In this document: piece by piece, positions 26,293-41,000 of the stretch
Layout: every line of letters begins with the position of its first letter
Position numbering within the stretch: position 1 is the stretch's first letter
Assembly: GCF_009914755.1 (NCBI RefSeq)
Contig: NC_060931.1
Source of the DNA: the human T2T-CHM13v2.0 reference genome, Homo sapiens
Reading direction: 5' to 3' (one strand)
DNA: 64,000 nucleotides
Program-made: the position numbers and the translations under genes
Notes under the pieces: generated by a model
The model's input: the letters and a program-made list of their open reading frames with translations, nothing else
Told to the model about the DNA's origin: nothing
The model's database searches: none

Positions 26293-29191
26293 ATGCGGAG
26301 CCGAAGCTGGACTGTACTGCTGCCATCTCGGCTCACTGCAACCTCCCTGCCTGATTCTCCTGCCTCAGCCTGCCGAGTGCCTGCCATTGCAGGTGCGCGC
26401 CGCCACGCCTGACTGGTTTTGGTGGAGACGGGGTTTCGCTGTGTTGGCCGGGCCGGTCTCCAGCCCCTAACCGCGAGTGATCCCGCCAACCTCAGCCTCC
26501 CGAGGTGCCGGGATTGCAGACGGAGTCTCGTTCACTCAGTGCTCAATGGTGCCCAGGCTGGAGTGCAGTGGCGTGAATCTCGGCTCACTACAACCTACAC
26601 CTCCCAGCCGCCTGCCTTGGCCTCCCAAAGTGCCGAGATTGCAGCCTCTGCCCGGCCGCCACCCCGTCTGGGAAGTGAGGAGCGTCTCTGCCTGGCCGCC
26701 CATCGTCTGGGATGTGAGGAGCCCCTCTGCCTGGCTGCCCAGTCTGGAAAGTGAGGAGCGTCTCCGCCCGGCCGCCATCCCATCTAGGAAGTGAGGAGCG
26801 CCTCTTCCCAGCCGCCATCACATCTAGGAAGTGAGGAGCGTCTCTGCCCGGCCGCCCATCGTCTGAGATGTGGGGAGCGCCTCTGCCCCGCCGCCCCATC
26901 TGGGATGTGAGGAGTGCCTCTGCCCGGCCGAGACCCCGTCTGGGAGGTGAGGAGCGTCTCTGCCCGGCCGCCCCGTCTGAGAAGTGAGGAGACCCTCTGC
27001 CTGGCAACCACCCCGTCTGAGAAGTGAGGAGCCCCTCCGCCCGGCAGCTGCCCTGTCTGAGAAGTGAGGAGCCTCTCCGCCCGGCAGCCACCCCATCTGG
27101 GAAGTGAGGAGCATCTCCGCCCGGCAGCCACCCCGTCCGGGAGGGAGGTGGGGGGGGGTCAACCCCCCGCCCGGCCAGCCGCCCCATCTGGGAGGGAGGT
27201 GGGGGGTCAGCCCCCCCGACCGGCCAGCCGTGCCATCCGGGAGGGAGGTGGGGGGGTCAGCCCCCCACCTGGCCAGCCATGCCGTCCGGGAGGGAGGTGG
27301 GGGGGTCAGCCCCCCGCCCGGCCAGCCACCCCGTCCGGGAGGTGAGGGGTGCCTCTGCCCGGCCGCCCCTACTGGGAAGTGAGGGGCCCCTCAGCCCGGC
27401 CAGCCACCCCGTCCGGGAGGGAGATGGGGGGGTCAGCCCCCCAACCCGGCCAGCCGCCCCGTCCGGGAGGGAGGTGGGGGGGTAAGCCCCCCGCCTGGCC
27501 AGCCGCCCCGTCCGGGAGGGAGGTGGGGGGGTCAGCCCTCCGCCCGGCCAGCCGCCCCGTCCGGGAGGTGAGGGGCGCCTCTGCCCGGCCGCCCCTACTG
27601 GGAAGTGAGGAGCCCCTCTGCCCGGCCAGCCGCCCCGTCCGGGAGGGAGGTGGGGGGGTCAGCCCCCCGCCTGGCCAGCCGCCCTGTCCGGGAGGGAGGT
27701 GGGGGGGTCAGCCCTCCGCCCGGCCAGCCGCCCCGTCTGGGAGGTGAGGGGCGCCTCTGCCCGGCCGCCCCTACTGGGAAGTGAGGAGCCCCTCTGCCCG
27801 GCCAGCCGCCCCGTCCGGGAGGGAGGTGGGGGGGTCAGCCCCCCGCCTGGCCAGCCGCCCTGTCCGGGAGGGAGGTCGGGGGGTCAGCCCTCCGCCCGGC
27901 CAGCCGCCCCGTCTGGGAGGTGAGGGGCGCCTCTGCCCGGCCGCCCCTACTGCGAAGTGAGGAGCCCCTCTGCCCGGCCAGCCGCCCCGTCCGGGAGGGA
28001 GGTGGGGGTGTCGGCCCCCCGCCCGGCCAGCCGCCCCGTCCGGGAGGGAGGTGGGGGGGGTCAGCCCCCCTGCCCGGCCAGCTGCCCCGTCCGGGAGGTG
28101 AGGGGCGCCTCTGCCCGGCCGCCCCTACTGGGAAGTGAGGAGCCCCTCTGCCCGGCCAGCCGCCCCGTCCGGGAGGGAGGTGGGGGTGTCAGCCCCCCGC
28201 CCGGCCAGCTGCCCCGTCCGGGAGGGAGGTGGGGGGGGTCAGCCCCCCCGCCCGGCCAGCCGCCCCGTCCAGGAGGTGAGGGGCGCCTCTGCCCGGCCGC
28301 CCCTACTGGGAAGTGAGGAGCCCCTCTGCCCGGCCAGCCGCCCCGTCCGGGAGGGAGGTGGGGGTGTCAGCCCCCCGCCCGGCCAGCCGCCCCGTCCGGG
28401 AGGGAGGTGGGGGGGGGGGTCAGCCCCCCCGCCCGGCCAGCCGCCCCGTCCGGGAGGTGAGGGGCGCCTCTGCCCGGCCGCCCCTACTGGGAAGTGAGGA
28501 GCCCCTCTGCCCGGCCAGCCGCCCCGTCCGGGAGGGAGGTGGGGGGGTGTCAGCCCCCCCGCCCGGCCAGCCGCCCCGTCCGGGAGGTGAGGGGCGCCTC
28601 TGCCCGGCCGCCCCTACTGGGAAGTGAGGAGCCCCTCTGCCCGGCCACTACCCCGTCTGGGAGGTGTGCCCAACAGCTCATTGAGAACGGGCCAGGATGA
28701 CAATGGCGGCTTTGTGGAATAGAAAGGCAGGAAAGGTGGGGAAAAGATTGAGAAATCGGATGGTTGCCGTGTCTGTGTAGAAAGAAGTAGACATGGGAGA
28801 CTTTTCATTTTGTTCTGCACTAAGAAAAATTCCTCTGCCTTGGGATCCTGTTGATCTGTGACCTTACCCCCAACCCTGTGCTCTCTGAAACATGTGCTGT
28901 GTCCACTCAGGGTTAAATGGATTAAGGGCGGTGCAAGATGTGCTTTGTTAAACAGATGCTTGAAGGCAGCATGCTCGTTAAGAGTCATCACCAATCCCTA
29001 ATCTCAAGTAATCAGGGACACAAACACTGCGGAAGGCTGCAGGGTCCTCTGCCTAGGAAAACCAGAGACCTTTGTTCACTTGTTTATCTGCTGACCTTCC
29101 CTCCACTATTGTCCCATGACCCAGCCAAATCCCCCTCTGTGAGAAACACCCAAGAATTATCAATAAAAAAATAAATTTAAAAAAAAAAAAA
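26293..29191 (+). mobile_element. SVA retrotransposon (SVA_F-like) lacking the hexamer head: Alu-like domain, VNTR, SINE-R, poly(A)
   Basis: Start atgcggagccgaagctggactgtactg; GC-rich VNTR ~26650-28660; SINE-R to AATAAA at 29162-29167; A-tail; F-type motifs ctggttttggtggagac and gggccaggatgacaatggcggctttgtgg. Confidence 0.96.
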
Positions 29192-29203
29192 AAAAAAAAT
29201 CCA

Positions 29204-29520
29204 GGCTGGGCATGCTGGCACATACCTGTATTCCCAGCTGCTTGGGAGGCTGAGGTGGGAGGATTGCTTGAGGCCAGGAGTTTGAGACCAGCCTGGGCAA
29301 CACAGTGAGACCCCCCATCTCTGCAAAAAAACTTTAAAAATTAGACAAGCATGGTGGCACGCACCTGTACTCCCAGGTACTCAGGAGGCTGAGGAGTGAG
29401 GATTGCTTGAGCCTGGGAGTTCAAGGCTACAGTGAGCTATGATTGCACCACTGCATTCCAGCCTGCATGACAGAGTGAGACCCTGTCTCAAAAACAAAAA
29501 ACAAAACCAAAACAACAACC
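29204..29520 (+). mobile_element. AluJ
   Basis: ggaggattgcttgaggccaggagtttgagacc...gagttcaaggctacagtgagctatgattg. Confidence 0.9.
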
Positions 29521-29850
29521 TAAACCTCACAAAAAATGAACTCAAATAGATCATCTATTTAAATGTCAAATGTAAAACTATAAAACTTTGATAAGAAAAT
29601 GTAGGAGAAAATGTTTGGGACCTGGGAGTCATTGAGGAATTCTTAACCATGACACCAAAAGCAGATCCTTAAAATTAAAAAGAACAAAAAAAAAAAAAGG
29701 ATAAATTAGACTTCACCAAAATTAAAAAGAAAACAGCCTTTTCTCTGCAAAACCCTCATTAAGAGGATGTAAGAGATAAGCTATGGACTGGGACAAAATA
29801 TGTACAAACCACACATACACAAAAGCCTAGCGTCTAGAACACATAAACAA
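29520..29850 (+). mobile_element. L1M ORF2 remnant, apparent continuation of the 22.1-24.5 kb L1
   Basis: aactcaaatagatc...aaatgtaaaactataaaac...atgacaccaaaagca...aaattagacttcaccaaaattaaaa. Confidence 0.75.
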
Positions 29851-30184
29851 CGAGAAGGCGCAGCTCGGAGCAGGGCTGGGAGGATGAGCAAAGGCAGACG
29901 TGCCGGCTGCAGCCGCGCTCCGTGAGTGAGTGGCTGCTGCATGCCGGGCCTCCAGCTGACAGTGCCTCCCGGGGTCAACCCGAAGCCAGAGGCTCGGCAG
30001 TATGCTGGAGACCCATCCTGGGCACCTCCCACGTTCCCTGTGGGAACAGCTGCTTCTGCAGAACATGGAAAAGGTCCAGGCTGGAAGCTGTGCAGACGGA
30101 ATTTAGGAAGAGGGAATGGAGAGACTGCAGGAGGGAGGGAGGCCCCTGCACGGCAAGGTGGTGGCCACATGCTCCAGAATAGGA

Positions 30185-30447
30185 CTTGGGCTCCGCACTG
30201 CAGGGAACGGGACCTGGGCTCCGCGCTGCGGGGAAGGGGACCTGGGCTCCGCGCTGCGGGGAAGGGGACCTGGGCTCCGCGCTGCGGGGAAGGGGACCTG
30301 GGGTCCGCGCTGCGGGGAAGGGGGCCTGGGGTCCGCGCTGCGGGGAAGGGGGCCTGGGGTCCGCGCTGCAGGGGAACGGGACCTGGGGTCCGCGCTGCGG
30401 GGAACGGGACCTGGGGTCCGCGCTGCGGGGAAGGGGACCTGGGCTCT
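30185..30447. repeat. ~28-bp CpG-rich VNTR, ~9 copies
   Basis: cctggg(c/g)tccgcgctgcggggaagggga units. Confidence 0.93.
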
Positions 30448-31007
30448 GCCCAGGGACTCCACAATTCCTTACTAATGTTACTGCCGTTTATGGGGGCTCT
30501 GAACAACACCACGTTTTACTAACACATGCACAGAGTGTCAGATGATGACATGCTGTCTCACTTATGCTAAGGCTCACTCTCATTTTATCATCTGTAACGT
30601 CAGGGTGCGCCTTATAATCAACAGGCCACAAAGAAAGTCACAAGCCATACTCACAAGAACTAGGAAGTTCGTTGCAAAATATTCCTTGTCCGTGATCAGC
30701 ACGGCACACACTATCAGACTCACTCTGCCAACACAATCACTAGAGAAGGTTCATCTCCGAGGGGAACGCCAGCCAGCTTTTCCCACCACTCCCCGCCCCC
30801 CCGAGAAAGCCCACGTGCAGACAGACCCAGGCCAGCTGGGCCCCTCTCCAGCTCCTGACCAGCAGCCCCGGATCCCTGGGTGGCGTGCAGCTGACCTTCC
30901 GGACCGCCACTCAGAATAAGCAAGAAAGCCTGCCGACCCGCCTGAATGCGGCAGGGGAAGGGGAAGGGCGGCCCCAACATCTCCGTGAGACACGCGGCTG
31001 CATCACA

Positions 31008-31300
31008 GCAGCCTCGGCAGTGCGCGGGGCTGCAGAATCAGGTGCACAACTAGGGCATCCCCCACCCGCAACACACACGGCACACAGGAGCCTCGGCAGT
31101 GTGCGGGGCTGCAGAATCAGGTGCACAACTAGGGCACCCCCCACCCGCAACACACACGGCACACAACCACAGAGGCACGGCCCCAGGCCAGGAGCGCACA
31201 ACTGCCCTCAAATGCCCTCAGCAGCCACGGCACACAGCCACAAACACATGACCCCAGGCCAGGAGCACACAACTGCCCTCAAACACCCTCAGCAGCCACA
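31008..31300. repeat. Two adjacent tandem duplications (~80 bp x2 and ~70 bp x2)
   Basis: agcctcggcagtg...gggctgcagaatcaggtgcacaactagggca twice; ccccaggccaggagc.cacaactgccctcaaa twice. Confidence 0.8.
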
Positions 31301-31877
31301 CAGGGGAGGCCACGTCCACGTGACTTCAACCATCAACACTAGACTAGGGTGCAACCGCGAAGCTGAGTCAGGGCCACACGCCCCCCTACGCCCCAATCTG
31401 TGCCCACCCTTCCCCCCACCAACTGAGTCTTGTACAGGGGCTGGCCAGGACCCTTGGATACGCAGCTGCAGCCTCTGGAGAGTGTTTACACCTCCAGCTA
31501 CGAGTACTTATTGTGGTTCAGGTGGAGGGTGGTTCCCTCTGACGATCTCCCCAGGACACACACGAGCTTTCTGCCATTCTCCCTGGCAGGACTGGCCTGC
31601 TTGGCACAGGAAGTCTCTGCAGATAAGGCGGTCTGCAGTGACCTGAAAGCTCAGTGGCTCAGAGGAAGCTAACCTCTAGCATTCCCCAGCCACAGAGCAC
31701 CCCTGTGGGTAGGACCCACAGAGCCTGGCATTACAGGGACCAGACAGCACGGTGCATACTCTGACCAGGGATTCTGAGGTCTTGGGCCATTTATACCATG
31801 GAGATAACGAAGCTTACTCTTAGGCGGGCTGCTAGGAGGGCCCAAAGTCCCAAACCCTGATCTAAAAAGCCAGAATA

Positions 31878-32233
<356 letters not shown>

Positions 32234-32249
32234 TATTAAAATGCACATG

Positions 32250-32430
32250 GTGACCTATCTCATTGACGCTAAGGCGTACTCTCACTTTATCATCTCTAAT
32301 GTGAGGCTGCGCCTTAAAATCAGCAGTATGTCGGAATGCAGTGGGCAGAGGGCCTTCTTTTTAGTAATCCATAAAGTAATGGCATAGCTAACACTAATCA
32401 ATCGTGTCTTAGGTTTGATGAAATACGGAC
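32250..32430. mobile_element. Ancient Tigger-like DNA transposon remnant; related copy at ~30550-30625
   Basis: ctaaggcgtac...tgcgccttaaaatc...gtcttaggtttgatgaaatacgg resembles Tigger15-type termini (family from recall). Confidence 0.4.
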
Positions 32431-33389
32431 GTATCTACCTCAAAACAATGGTTGAGGCTCAGAACAGAACCTGACACAGAATACGCCCTCAGGTATCGGT
32501 GTTGGCTGCTTGTGACTGACTTTGGCAAGTAAGATCAGTACCCGGCACCTCTGGGCACACAGGGCCCGGGCTGCATCCACTGTGCCAGGGACCTGGTGCC
32601 GGGCTGGGCAGCAAGTCAGTATCACATCAGCAGGCGTGGGCCGTGGTGAGCCTCTCCCTGCCCTCCCGCTGGAATAGAAAGCTGATCCCGACGTCCCACT
32701 CCGACCCACGGTCAGGAAGCCGTCCTGTCCAGGAAGGTGGCTGAGGTACATCCCTGAACACAGTAGGCCACAGCATCATGCAGCGGAGGGCCAGTGGCCG
32801 CTATTCTTCCTGCTGGTGTTCCACTCGGCCCGCAGCTCACAGCAAGTCTATGCGGAACTGTGCAACCCACATGCTTTGATTTTCAGAAATGTTCTTAGAT
32901 CCTGAACCAGAATGTGCTGCAGGGGGGACTGTTTCACCTCAAAAATTACAGCAAAGTAAATGTCCTTGTTTCAACTTTTCCAATGTTTAACTTGTAACAA
33001 TAGCTACAAAAGTAATCAGGCAGCAATGTGTTTCTTTAAACGGCTTTCCTGTGAGTGTTCCGTTTACAAAGAAAATCCTAAAACCAGGAAGTAATTGGTG
33101 ACTTTGGAAACAGCAAGCAAACTTCGGTGAAGAAAGAGGGGCAGGTGTACCTGGAAGGACTAACTTGCAGCCACTCATTTCCTTTGGAGGGCGGTGGGGC
33201 CTGCACCCTGCAGATTAGGGTATATTCTGACTCAGCAAAATAGGCACCAGCGCCTGTAAAAAGAAACCGCGCTGGGCACTAAGAGAATTCTCAAAAACTC
33301 CCAGAGCCCTGGGTGTGTGTCCTCCCACAGGGAATCTCGCACGAGTTCGTCAAATGGCTGGTCTCAGGTTACACAACCAGCACTGCCTC

Positions 33390-33960
33390 CACCGCCACCG
33401 CCCCCCAACCTCACTGGTCCGAGCGGTTCCCCGCGGTCTAGCCGCGAGGGCGGGGCCGGGGGGCGGAGGCCAGGGCGGGACCAAGGCTGGGGGCGGGGCC
33501 AGGCATGGCTGCCGCTCGCCGGCCGGGGGCGGGGCCGACGGTCACGTGTGTACACAGGGCCCGGGCGGCGTGCGCGCCGTGAGCCCCGCCGCCTCCGCCA
33601 GCCCGAGCTGCCCGCCCGGCGGCGACTGCGCCGGCCGCCGCCCAGCAAGCCGGTGAGTGGGGCCCGGGAGCCTGGGTCGGGTCGGTGGGGCACACCCCAG
33701 TCTCCGCCTGGGGAGGGAGCCAGCCCCAAGCTGCTGTGGCTCCCACGGCGGGCGCTGCGCTTACTGGGACCCGGGTCCTCTGGCCGCTGCCCACTGCGGG
33801 GCTCCGTGCCCTTGCCAGGAGGGGACCGCTGTCCTCCGGCCGCGCTCCGAGCTGAGCCCCGGGGGCGGGCTTTCGGTCATTAACCTGGTGATGGCAGCTG
33901 AATCTGCTGCTGGCGTAGGCGGCACAGCGCCGCCACCGGCTCTCCCATGTCCGACAGGGC
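33390..33960 (+). promoter_or_regulatory. GPR146: CpG-island promoter of GPR146
   Basis: Several GGGGCGGGGC boxes, E-box GTCACGTG at 33541-33548, followed by a consensus donor CCG|GTGAGT. Confidence 0.85.
33545..33652 (+). other. GPR146: GPR146 non-coding exon 1 (start approximate)
   Basis: GC-rich ATG-free leader ending at a donor GT at 33653; pairs with the acceptor at 46485. Confidence 0.75.
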
Positions 33961-34559
33961 ACCACTGATCCTGCTCTCCTGGGCCACTATGGTGACTGCT
34001 TTCGGCCCCTTCTGTGATTAGTATTTTAAAGTGAGTTTTGGATCTGTGTCTACATGGAGGTGTCGGATCTGCTGTCAGTTGTCTTGGACAGTTGGCAGGG
34101 CATGGGACGGCTCTTTCAAAGCTTCACTGGAAGGCAGTGCTCTCCAGCCGCCAAACCACCACTACCAGCAGCAGAAAACCCACTATTAAGTTAGTATTAC
34201 AAACCTGGCAAGTCAGTTCTCTAAATTAGGCATAAGTCTATGAATCTTGATGTGACTGGTCACAGTGGCTTATCTCTGCATGCATGCTACGTGGTGGACC
34301 AGAGGATAATTCTGTATTCGTCGTCCACAGCCTTTGATCTCTTCCCTGCCCATGAAGATGTACTTGAGTCCTCCATTCCACTTTAAATAGCCAGCTCCTG
34401 TCCACACGGAACAGCACGACATCTTTTATCTTTTGCTACCTGCAGCACCTAGCAGAGGCCAGCATTCAATAACAGAGGGCCAAGAGGCTTGCTTTAAAGG
34501 CCTCTGCAAACTTGTATGAGTAAAATGGTTCTGACCATGTTCCCAGGCTCCTCACGCAT

Positions 34560-34640
34560 AGTGGTGATGAGATAGTCTACCGTCCTAACTGGGGCACCGT
34601 TGAGAGTGAACGGAGGCACTGTTAATAATTAGACGAAGTG
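34560..34640 (+). mobile_element. hAT-type MER remnant (MER81-like)
   Basis: cgtcctaactggggcaccgttgagagtgaacggaggcactgttaataatta resembles a hAT-Blackjack MER consensus (recall). Confidence 0.4.
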
Positions 34641-37600
34641 CACACTCACAGTACCCATGACCTGCTGTGCAGCTCCTTCAAGAACTACTGTAAGGCCTGG
34701 CTCCCCAACCAGAACCCCTGTTGTCTTCCTCAATGAAGAAGGCCTCTGAAGACAAGTGACTTAAGAACATAGTTTATATGTATTGAATACTGTTGTGCCT
34801 TTTCACAGAGAAGAGGTCGGGGCCAGAGCAGCTCACTGCCCGACGCCACACACATCCGTGCTGGCGTCCACGTGTCATCCTGCCTCTCTAGCCAGCATGG
34901 ACATATCCTGAGGATGGAGGACAGAGGAACACAGATTTAGGGCAGAATGTAAATGTGAAAGTTGACTTGGAGTCCCTGCAACTCATAAGCCCCAGTAGGC
35001 TGATGAAGAGAGAAGGGCAAAGGGCGCGCACCTCATGTGGGTCTTAGGTTAGGATGTAAAGGCTGATTATGTCTATCATACAATGAATCAATGGCATACT
35101 GCACAGATCGCTGCATGGGGAAATATGCTCGTGTAATTTACAGTCGGAAGAGGGACATGCTGCTCACTGGGGCAGGGAGAAGAAGGGGCTCCTCAGGGAG
35201 CTGCAGCTCTCACAGCCCCTAGGATGTCACCTGGAATCCTGAAAAAATAACTGCCGCCTGGCCTTTAATGACCCAACCACAGCGAGGTCTTGCCTTTGCA
35301 GAAGGAAATTATCACCCAGAGAACCCGGCCGACCGTGTCATGCACACGACGATCCCACGGTGCTGTTTTCTGTCAACAGTGTTTCCCAGCCATTCCCTCC
35401 TGCCTGCCAGCTCCTCTGCTCTCCAGGGCTTTCACTAACCCACCTGCCCAACTGACCAGCATTAGGCTGTCCAGTTAGCCCACATCTGTCCAGGGGTCTC
35501 AAAGGCTCAGGACCCCAAGACACCATCCAGGTAGCCAAGAGGACAGGGAACCCAGTCTGGAGAGTAGAATAACGTTTCGCTCCAATTTGAGATCCCAAAA
35601 TGAGATGCTGCCCGGGACCAGAAGTCAGTTTCTTAGGAGCGTGCTGTCTACCCAGGAGCCTCCGTGTGCAAACAAAATACCCCCTTGAGCAGCAGAGGGA
35701 CAAGGTGGAGGTGGGGCAGGTGTCTGTTCATCCCCACAGAGCCACACCCAGGTCCCTTCCTGCAAAGGCCAAGGACTTTCCCCATTTTAATTGGAACCAA
35801 AGCAAGCCTTGCAGACCACTGTCGCTACCACAGCTAGTGTGATGAGGAGAAATAACCTGCTGGCTCCTCCCTGGGAAACAACCAAGGTGGTGATAAGATC
35901 TGCGGCTCAGAGCACTTCCCTGCAGGTTAAGGCCACGCCTAGTAAACCGGGGCTCGACTGAGGAGCCCCGGCAGGTGCCAAGCCTGCCCAGAGTCTGCAG
36001 TAGAGACTCTCTGTTCTTGGCCATGTCTTTGAATTTCTGAGGAAGTCTTTTTTGTTTGTTTTTGTTTTTCCCTGGTCTGATGTACCTGGAGAGGGAATTA
36101 GCCTCACACCCAGTTAGGGAACAAAAAGCCAAGTAAACAAAAGAATGCTGTTCCACCTTCCTCCAGGGAACTGGCGCCCATAGCTGCAGGCACAGGTGCC
36201 CAGCCCGCTCACTGGCCCAGCAAGGTGCTTGGTCTCAGGCCCCCAGAGCCCGTCCTGGAGCCGCAAACATGCTCGCTATTATCCATGGAAAAAGAGAGGC
36301 ATTCTCTTTGTTTATAGTCTAAGCCAAGTCACCTGATTCACTCTCACTACTCTGCAGTTTGGAATTGTAAAAAGCAAAAGGCTACAAAAATCAAAACCAT
36401 CCACCTATGTAATGAACCATTTCTTATCACAGCCCAGGAAGGCACAGATAGGAATCAGTGTGCGTAAGCTCTCCACGTGGAAACCCTGTGAAAACAGCAG
36501 CCTTTCCTAAGCATCTGGCTCCTAGGAGCTGGATGTTAATTGTTGCTAAAGCCTGGGTTCATTACTACAAAAGAAAATAAACATTCCAGAGTCATTTTGA
36601 AAGCATTTTGATTGTTCTAGAATATTCACCCAAGGTTGAGCGTCTCATGGTGCATGGCAGGTTCGGCCAGGAGCTGGCCGTGGCCTTTCCACTCCTTTCC
36701 TGCCATCCTGAGGATGCAGTGCCTGGGGCCTCGCAGTTCTCTTTCCACTCAAATCTAAGGCTCTAAAGCTTCAACAACTGTCCGGGGACAATAAGAAGCG
36801 CTGAGTCCCCATCCTGCCTGCTCTCCTTTCTACTCAGTGGGGAAATTGGATCACTCGCCTTGGTGGATCACTCGCCTTGGGGAAAAGCCTTTTACGTCAC
36901 TGAATACATCCCCTTCTACGGTTTTCATCCAACAGTCAGCCAGGCTGCTGCAGCACACATAAAAACTTCCCCTGCCTGCAAAGAGCTCCAAGTAGGTGGG
37001 AAAGAGATGGATGTGCGGACAGGCTTAACCCAGCAAAGACTGGCGGAGGGGTGTGGAGACAGTGGTCAGGGGTGGGTTCCCGGGGGTACTGATGCCCAAA
37101 ATAAAATGTCAAGGACGAGCCAGTGTTTGCTGAGAGAACGAGGGGAAGCGAGAAAGGGTGTTCTAGGCAAGGGATCAACATCCGCAAAAGACAGTGTGAA
37201 AGAGAGCACCCGGAAACTTCGTGGGGATCACCGGGCGTGGGACTTGCCGGCCCCAGCTCTGACAGGGCCCTAAGCAACAGAGGAAAGAACTTCCCGACTA
37301 ACAGGGACAGCAACATCAAAAGCGATGGCTTTTGTGAAACTAATTCAGCCACCTTGGAGCAGAGGATTCCTCTGCTGGTTTCTGTTTCTGCCAGCTCTGT
37401 GCAGTGCAGGCGCTATGATGCTCTCTCTCTCTCACACACACATACAGGGACCCGGGTGCCTCTCAGGTTGAGAGGGGTGGTCACCATCCCCACACTCAGG
37501 CCCCCTCTGTCTCCAGGCCTGCTGCTTCTGAACAGGCCTGGGGCAGTCCATTTCTATTGGGAAACCCTATCAAAGTTAGCCCCGGGTTTCAGCCAAGTTC

Positions 37601-40600
37601 ACCTCACTGCTCACAGACATTCATTATTAACAGACTGTTTGATAGCACTTTGGGCTCTTTTTAAATAAGACATAGGAAGAAAGATGCCAACGTCTCACTT
37701 GAAATGCTCCTGACAGCTAGCCTGACGGGGTCCTGTCGCCCCTGTCCACACCCTGCTATGGCCATGGTCTCCACAGCCGCACATGGGCTCCAGACATTTT
37801 CACGAGTTATGAACCAAAGAGAACCAAGACCCCTGGAGCAGGTTCTCCTTCTCAGTCCCATGTTCCTTTGAAAGCAATGAATAGAGGCCAGGGAAGCAAG
37901 TGTTTATACTCCAGTTTAGTACTAGTGAAACATCGGGAAATTCATTGTGTTGGTATCAAAGCCCCAACTCAGAACATAAAAACCATAAAACTGCAAAGCC
38001 TCTGCAGTCTGAGCGTGCGCTCCCCAGGCCTCCGCTGTCTGAGCGTGCGCTCCCCAGGCCTCCGCGGTCTGACCCTGTGCTACCCATGCAAGCGCCACCC
38101 ACAGGTGCGTCCTGGGGGCTGCCTCCTCCTCCACGTTGGCCAGCAGTGTGGGGTGTGACGGGGCCCATGTTGTTGTCACCCCCACCCTGCCCCACGTTTC
38201 CCCTGCACACGTGTCCGTTCACAAAGATTCTGAGCAAAAGGTCACAGAACAGCTTCCTCTGCCCTTTATATGTGGGGAGGAGGCCAAAGATCTGCAGGCG
38301 TCATCATTCCAGGCCAGGGCTGGTAACAGGGAGCAAGTGCCGGCACCCTCTTGTGCTTCACATGGGTTGGTTTACTTAACCCTCCTGTCTCATGAAGATT
38401 TTTACTAAGCCTGGGGAAACCGAGGCACACAGCAAGGATGTCACCTGCCTGCAAAGGCACCTGTGTGCAAGCCAGGACTGGAAAAGCTCAGCCTGCAGTG
38501 CACATGCTTGCTGCCCGCTCCAGAGCCCAGGCCCTTAACCACTTCCTTCCTAGGAAGACGGAGGGCGAGGGAGTTTCTTACAGCGCTTTATGTCAACTCC
38601 TGCTGCTGCCCACCACTAATCCAGGCCCCTGCAGACAGCAGGGCACGGTCCTTCCTATTAGCAGGCTTACTACGAAGCCCTGTCTAACATTCCCTCATGT
38701 CAGGTAGAAGGAATTAGACCAGAGGTCAAGGCAGCGGCTGGAATCAGTGGTGCTTTCTCAAAGTAGGAAAACAGTTTTAGGACTGTTTTCGGTCAAATTT
38801 TGGGCACCACTGTACTGGGTTCTATGACAGAGAAGCCACCAAGGTCCCGTGCGAGGAGCCCTGGGCAGGGACAGCTGAAGCTGTGCACCTGGGCCCTCCT
38901 GATTGCCTCCCACCAGCCAGGCCTGGCAGCAGCCAGCAGCCACCCCACCCCACCCCAACAAGGAGAGCTGCCCCACACTGTCGGCCCCCAAAGCTCAGGA
39001 CACACGGGCCCTCCCAGGTCTCTCTGGCGGGCTAGGCCTTGGCAGGGCCCCCTCAGCGGGCCCCACTCTGAACCGCAAGCACAGGGTCTTCTGCAGTGTG
39101 AGACCTGCTGTCAGCACAGGCCTACGGGCTCAGGGCTGTGCAGGGACACAGGGGCCAGCACCACTGGGCACCCTGTCCTTTCCCAGCCTGCCTGTGCACC
39201 CTGTGGGCAGTGACTCCTCAGGCACAGTGGCCCAAAGTCACAGGTGGTCTGTCAGGGGCTCTCCAGGGAGCTGCACACACTCAGGTTTAGATCAGGAACA
39301 GAACAGATCCCCAGGGCATTTGCTCAGGCTCAGAGCAGAGCAGGGAGCCGTCCACCTGCGGCGGGCACATCCATGGACTTCCAAGCCAACAGGGACAGCT
39401 GCCCAGACGGGCTGCCCAAGCCAACCAAGGATCCTGTCCCATCGGTCCCTGTGGCTTGGGAGTCTGGCACTTTTTGGCTTTCGTTTCTCAAGCTGCCCCA
39501 GCTTCTCCAAGTCCTGAGCCTGGGGCTCCCAGCTCCGAGCGGATGCTCTGCAAGTGGCGTCCCTGCACCCTGGTGCAGGCGGACGGACGCGGGAGAGCCT
39601 GCAAGGAAGTAAGGCCCAGCAGCCTTCCCGGGCTTGGAACGCCGCAGCCTAGGAAGCATCTTCCCAGGAAATCGCAGTCGGAGCCCAGCACGGGGTCTTG
39701 GAAGAAAAGACCCCACCTTCTATCCTCACGAGTACGCATTAGGAGTGAGCACCGCTCAGTAGATGACACAGAGGCACAGCTGAGGACCCAGAGACGGGCA
39801 CACCGGAAACAGCGACATCCACAGGCGCTCGGCAGGGACCAGGAACCCAGAAGGCTTGACGCGCAGGGGGTCTCGGAGAAACTCTACCCCTGTCCTTCCC
39901 AGCCTCCTGCTTAGCTGGGCCTCACCCTAGCCTGCTGGAGATGGCGGCCATGCCGTCAGAGAGGGGGATGGACAGATTGGCTGAGGTCACCCCACAGGCC
40001 AGCAGAGGCCTGGGTGGGAGTGCGCAGCCCCGCAGATGGCTGCTTATGGGGCCCAGAGGCCACCCCTGCGTCGCAGAGGGCACCAGCACACCCGGACTTC
40101 TCGGAGGCTTCATACAGCTCCCAGGCCCTACAAGCAGCGTGTGGGCAGAGGCCCAGGCCCCTTCCTGTCACTCAGAGAAGCTGCTGCTCCCAGAAAACGG
40201 GGCGCCAGCCTCCCATGAACACTGTGTCCCAACCCCGGTCCTCTCAGGATTCCTGTGTGGAAATGTCACTTCTGTCTCAGCTCTCTAGGGTGCACCTGGT
40301 GTCCAGCTCTGCCCCCTTTCTGCTTAAGCAGCTGCTGGGAGACCCTGAGCCAGGCCGCCGAGGTTCTGAGCTCGTAAGGGGTGCAGCAGTTTCCCGCACA
40401 GCGTGGGGAGCACATTTGCTCACGTCTCCCAGGCTGGCTGTACACTCTGAGGCCAGCCCTGGGCTCTGACACTCTCCCGATTCCGCTGGGCTTTCTAAGC
40501 CCTCCTCTCCTGTCCACTGCTGGCCCATGGCCCAGGCCCAGCCTTGAAGCTGTAAAGACCTCTCACCCCATCCAAATGAGACTGGTCAGATATCTCCCGC

Positions 40601-40685
40601 ATGTCAGCCGCCACTGGATTGGGAAGGACGGGCAGTAGGTGCAAGGCTGGCCCTTTTTATGAGAGTTATTTAAAAAACAAAAACA

Positions 40686-41000
<315 letters not shown>

